This document shows positions 60,387 to 64,000 of a stretch of 64,000 bases of DNA, in pieces (the first letter of the stretch is position 1; the number at the start of each line of letters is the position of its first letter). Origin of the DNA: a virus; the IMG/VR virus record IMGVR_UViG_3300008108_000036; one strand, written 5' to 3'. Both the position numbers and the translations under genes were made by a program. The notes under the pieces are model-generated. The model ran no database searches, was not told the origin of the DNA, and worked only from the letters and a program-made list of their open reading frames with translations.

Positions 60387-61244
60387 ATGAAGAATTTTTC
60401 GCACTTTTTTAAACAAGCTTTAAATGAATCAAAGTTCAGAGACGTTGATGAAAATTTAATCAATAATATTAAAGATACAGTAAAAACGTATAATCTTGTT
60501 TATAAAAAACTTAGTAAATCAGATGCTAAATTACTTACCACGAAAATAGATCAAGATTCTGACTGGTGGGAATACTTTAAAGAGGCAAAAGTAGATAGAA
60601 TGGCAGAAATAAAACAATTCAGATTTAAAGATTTAACAAAAAACAAAAATAAAAAAGTCTCAATTATAGTAGCATATGGAGGGACAGATAGCACTTACGC
60701 CTACTACGATGAAGATAACGAAATTGTAGTATTAAATCACGATCAAATAAAAGGTTTATCAGATTTAGAAATTGAAGCAATAATAACGCACGAATTAACA
60801 CACGGATTTCAAGAATACAAAACCAGCTCCGATCCATATAAAAAAGCAATAAAAAAAATGTCAAAAGGATTGCCATACAACAGACAAACATATTTTTATG
60901 AGCCGTTAGAATTTGACGCACATGCAACAGAATTAGCTCATAGAATTAGAGAAGAATTTTATTCCAGAAAAGAAGCAATCGAAAACGCTATTTTACCAGA
61001 AACTAAAAAAGTATTAGAACGAAAACTTGAAAAATTTTTACTAGAGTTAAATTTATTTTCAAGATCTGATCGCAAATCATATTTAGAATATAAAGAGTTA
61101 CCATTACCACAATTTTGTTCTACACATGAAGATTTTTTAGAAACAGTAGCAAAAAATCCAAATCTATGGAGAAAACTTAAAGAAAAGCTTGCCTCTTTAT
61201 ATATAGATCTAACAACTGAAGAGGAAGAAGAAAAGCAAAACTAA
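60387..61244 (+). CDS. HExxH-motif protein, candidate internal virion protein
   Basis: ITHELTH...YF.EPLEFDA; N-terminus MKNFSHFFKQALNE. Confidence 0.6.
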   Translation: MKNFSHFFKQALNESKFRDVDENLINNIKDTVKTYNLVYKKLSKSDAKLLTTKIDQDSDWWEYFKEAKVDRMAEIKQFRFKDLTKNKNKKVSIIVAYGGTDSTYAYYDEDNEIVVLNHDQIKGLSDLEIEAIITHELTHGFQEYKTSSDPYKKAIKKMSKGLPYNRQTYFYEPLEFDAHATELAHRIREEFYSRKEAIENAILPETKKVLERKLEKFLLELNLFSRSDRKSYLEYKELPLPQFCSTHEDFLETVAKNPNLWRKLKEKLASLYIDLTTEEEEEKQN

Positions 61245-61282
61245 AAGCTTGACTTGAATTCAAATTTGACGAAGCTAATTTT

Positions 61283-61936
61283 GTGAAGTTTTTATTTTAT
61301 AAACCAATTTTAGTTCAAACCAAGAACGACGAGGATATTTGTTTTTGGTCAGATATGCATTTCGGACATGCGTGTGAAAGATGGCCAATTCCTTTGTGGA
61401 AAATGAGAGGGTTTGATTCAGTGCATCAGCATGATGAGATGCTTATAGAAAGATGGAATAGTAAAACATCAGAGCACACGATAGGATTTCAGCTTGGAGA
61501 TTTTATTTTTGGCCATTCTGCTGTCGATCGTTGCAAAGAAATTTTAAATAAATTGAACTTCAATACTCTTTATTTGCAGCCAGGAAATCATCACTCCGGA
61601 TGGAGACATATTTTTGAAGAAATTCATGGAAATGTTTGGGATATTAATGAAAGTAAAAGGGTAGTATTTGTTCCAAATTATGCTGAAGTGGTTGCTAACG
61701 GACAACCGATTGTAATATGCCATTATCCTTTAGCTTCTTTTAATGGACAAGCAAGAGGTTCATGGATGCTTCACGGTCATTGTCACGGCAATCTTTATAA
61801 AAGTGAAATAGGACAACCCCTGTACAAGACAAGAACCTTAGACGTTGGTGTTGAAAAGGCGCCTTTTCCTTTATCATTGACTGATTTGAAAGGAATATTA
61901 GGAACTAAAGAAAATTTGACCTACGACAAAGCATAA
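61283..61936 (+). CDS. calcineurin-like metallophosphoesterase
   Basis: SDMHFGH, LGDF, GNHH, CHYP, LHGHCH, DVGVE. Confidence 0.9.
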   Translation: MKFLFYKPILVQTKNDEDICFWSDMHFGHACERWPIPLWKMRGFDSVHQHDEMLIERWNSKTSEHTIGFQLGDFIFGHSAVDRCKEILNKLNFNTLYLQPGNHHSGWRHIFEEIHGNVWDINESKRVVFVPNYAEVVANGQPIVICHYPLASFNGQARGSWMLHGHCHGNLYKSEIGQPLYKTRTLDVGVEKAPFPLSLTDLKGILGTKENLTYDKA

Positions 61937-61941
61937 TCCGC

Positions 61942-62517
61942 ATGTCACTAACACACAAACGAGTATTAATTTTAAATAAAAGTTGGATGGCCATTAACAC
62001 ATCTACTGTTAGACATGCTATTTCATTAATCTTTGCTGGACAAGCTAAAGGCATTTTAATATCAGATAATAAAATCCATGCATTAGGGTGGGATGAATGG
62101 AAAAACGTGCAACCAACAGAAACTGAAGCATCAATTGGTACAGTGAATCAGAAAATAAAATTGCCCTCAATTGTAGTAATGAATTTCTGTGATAAAATTC
62201 CAAAACAAGCCATTAAGTTTACACAAAACAATTTATGGGAAAGAGATAATTTTACCTGCCAATACACTGGCAAAAAAGTAACAAGACAGACAGGAAATAT
62301 AGATCATATAATTCCTAAATCATTAGGTGGAAGAACCTCTTGGGAGAACTGTGTAATTGCTTGCAAAGAAATTAATGCGCAAAAAAGCGACAAAACTCCT
62401 GAACAAGCTGGACTAAAACTTATTAGAAAACCAACGAGACCAAAAGTTATGCCAGTGTCTTTTTTTATAAAAAATAAAGAAAACAACTTAGATTGGAATT
62501 GCTTTTTGCACTCTTAG
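61942..62517 (+). CDS. HNH endonuclease
   Basis: VLILN, RDNFTCQY, DHIIPKS.GG..SWEN...C..IN..K. Confidence 0.9.
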   Translation: MSLTHKRVLILNKSWMAINTSTVRHAISLIFAGQAKGILISDNKIHALGWDEWKNVQPTETEASIGTVNQKIKLPSIVVMNFCDKIPKQAIKFTQNNLWERDNFTCQYTGKKVTRQTGNIDHIIPKSLGGRTSWENCVIACKEINAQKSDKTPEQAGLKLIRKPTRPKVMPVSFFIKNKENNLDWNCFLHS

Positions 62518-62533
62518 CATTTAGTTATTTTTT

Positions 62534-62677
62534 ATGCAGAAAAATAAGCTGTCATATAAGCTTGAATTGTGTATGTTTAGTATAAGTTGGATTTTAATTC
62601 TTGTAATAATTTTTATCAGTTGTATTATGTTCGGGCTTTTTAAAAAAATTAATATAAAATATGGAATATTTAGATAA
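62534..62677 (+). CDS. possible 47-aa membrane protein
   Basis: Not in the track; one hydrophobic stretch WILILVIIFISCIMFGLF. Confidence 0.3.
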   Translation: MQKNKLSYKLELCMFSISWILILVIIFISCIMFGLFKKINIKYGIFR

Positions 62678-63362
62678 CACAAAACCTCTCATTTTTTTAG
62701 GAGACCATCATGGTCAGTGGTCAGAGCTAGATTGGATTATTTCTAAAAGAAATATACAAGACTGCTATATTTGCAGTGTTGGTGATTCAGGGATTGGATT
62801 TAGCTCGAAGGCAATTCAACAAAAAAAAATCGATTATCTCAACGAAGAATTCAAGCGCAAAAACATTATTTTTCTATCCATTAGAGGTAACCACGATGAC
62901 CCTTCTTATTTTACAGGACCACTTAAACCGGATTTGTCGAATTTTAAGTTAATTGAAGACTACACGACAATGATGTATAAGGATAAAAAATTTCAATTCA
63001 TTGGTGGAGCGATTTCTATTGATCGTACTGGCAGGCAAGAAGGAGCTTCATATTGGACTGAAGAGTCAGTAAAATTTATAAGAGAAAAATGTGAGAAGGT
63101 AGATGTGCTAGTTACTCACACTACTATGTCGTTTTGTTTTCCACAAGCATTTAATGAAATGGTGTACGGATGGGCCAGAGAAGATGCATACTTGTTAGAA
63201 GATCTAACAGAAGAAAGATCTATAATGGACGAAATTTTTAAAATTTGCAATCCATCTTTGCAAATTTACGGCCATTTTCATTCAAGTTGGTCCGAAAAAA
63301 TTAATAATTGCAATCACAAATTATTAGACATCAACGAATTATGGCAGCCGAATTTTGAGTAA
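62661..63362 (+). CDS. metallophosphoesterase
   Basis: GDHHG, VGDSG, RGNHD, GGAISID, VTH, YGHFH. Confidence 0.9.
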   Translation: MEYLDNTKPLIFLGDHHGQWSELDWIISKRNIQDCYICSVGDSGIGFSSKAIQQKKIDYLNEEFKRKNIIFLSIRGNHDDPSYFTGPLKPDLSNFKLIEDYTTMMYKDKKFQFIGGAISIDRTGRQEGASYWTEESVKFIREKCEKVDVLVTHTTMSFCFPQAFNEMVYGWAREDAYLLEDLTEERSIMDEIFKICNPSLQIYGHFHSSWSEKINNCNHKLLDINELWQPNFE

Positions 63363-63447
63363 TCGACTTTTTTAAAAAAGTCAACATTCACATCCTAAAA
63401 ACCTTTTGTTTTTTTATAAGTACTTTAGAGACCTATCTCTAAAGCAC

Positions 63448-63837
63448 ATGACTACAGAAGAAGCCATAACACTCATAAATGACAAAAGAACTACAATTGA
63501 TGCAATTTGTGCTCAATTGTTTAGTCATGTTGAGTCATATCAGCAAACTAGAGAAGATTATTACATGCAAGAGTTTGAAGACAAGGTTTCTTCTAATCCT
63601 GACGAATTCGATCCGGAAAGAATTGATGAGTATACGGAATCAATTTTTGGAGAAATAGCTTCCGATTCGAGAGAGTTTATTAAAGAGTATATAAGTAATC
63701 TTTCTGACGGACTTTTGGATGCAATTAATGACGGAAAAGTAGACAAAAAGTCATGTAAATTGTTTTTAACAATTTTATCCGTAATGGAAGATGTGCTAAT
63801 TAAAGCATTTAATGCTGAAGGTCCTTCAGCAGCTTAA
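63448..63837 (+). CDS. acidic hypothetical protein
   Basis: ATG at 63448 preferred over the TTG start. Confidence 0.55.
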   Translation: MTTEEAITLINDKRTTIDAICAQLFSHVESYQQTREDYYMQEFEDKVSSNPDEFDPERIDEYTESIFGEIASDSREFIKEYISNLSDGLLDAINDGKVDKKSCKLFLTILSVMEDVLIKAFNAEGPSAA

Positions 63838-64000
63838 TAACGAATTCTTCTTGCAACCTCAGCTAGATTATCCATAGCAATTGCAATTTTTTGTTGCTGC
63901 CATACTTCTAAAGAGCCACCTTGTGCACATACAGTTGCGATTTTGGTAACACTCTCTCTAATAGAGTTTAAGTTGTCAACATTCATGTCGTGAGTTTCGT
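63834..64000 (-). CDS. partial conserved T4-like hypothetical protein (C-terminal part)
   Basis: Reads ...LNSIRESVTKI...LEVWQQQKIAIAMDNL..VARRIRY*; start lies beyond the window. Confidence 0.55.
   Translation of the reverse strand, partial: ETHDMNVDNLNSIRESVTKIATVCAQGGSLEVWQQQKIAIAMDNLAEVARRIRY

Noticed and set aside
63365-63382. Perfect 18-bp palindrome GACTTTTTTAAAAAAGTC
   Set aside because: Single copy, mostly A/T homopolymer in an AT-rich genome; no function supportable

Overview
AT-rich 64-kb segment of a large T4-like (Tevenvirinae-like, myovirus) phage, read with the standard code. It carries the T4 replication/recombination core (gp61 primase, uvsY, uvsW, gp55, gp47, gp46, gp43, uvsX, gp41, gp32, gp45) and a packaging/tail block (gp17, gp3-like, gp18, gp19). 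Accessory genes include a tmRNA with an unusually long acidic tag, a dnaK-groES-groEL cluster, and 7-deazaguanine genes (queD, queE, folE2). It also has a carbamoyltransferase, a glycosyl/methyltransferase island (partly decaying) between gp47 and gp46, a lysis operon (u-spanin-like, holin, lysozyme) running into a tandem-PAS protein, and a MoxR-AAA/VWA-metallopeptidase pair. The chaperones look Verrucomicrobiota-like by recollection, which suggests a diderm PVC host (inference). Five signals stand out: (1) about 11 scattered, mostly late-promoter-led genes share a T4 internal-protein-like N-terminal leader ending in (L/I)xE, including the AAA/VWA pair, suggesting capsid-packaged, injected cargo; (2) a ~300-nt unannotated structured RNA lies before uvsY; (3) the tmRNA tag is 34 aa and ends in LEA; (4) a PAS-PAS protein sits inside the lysis operon; (5) GroEL lacks exactly the helix-D inter-ring contact residues. 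All calls come from motif reading and synteny; no database search was run.
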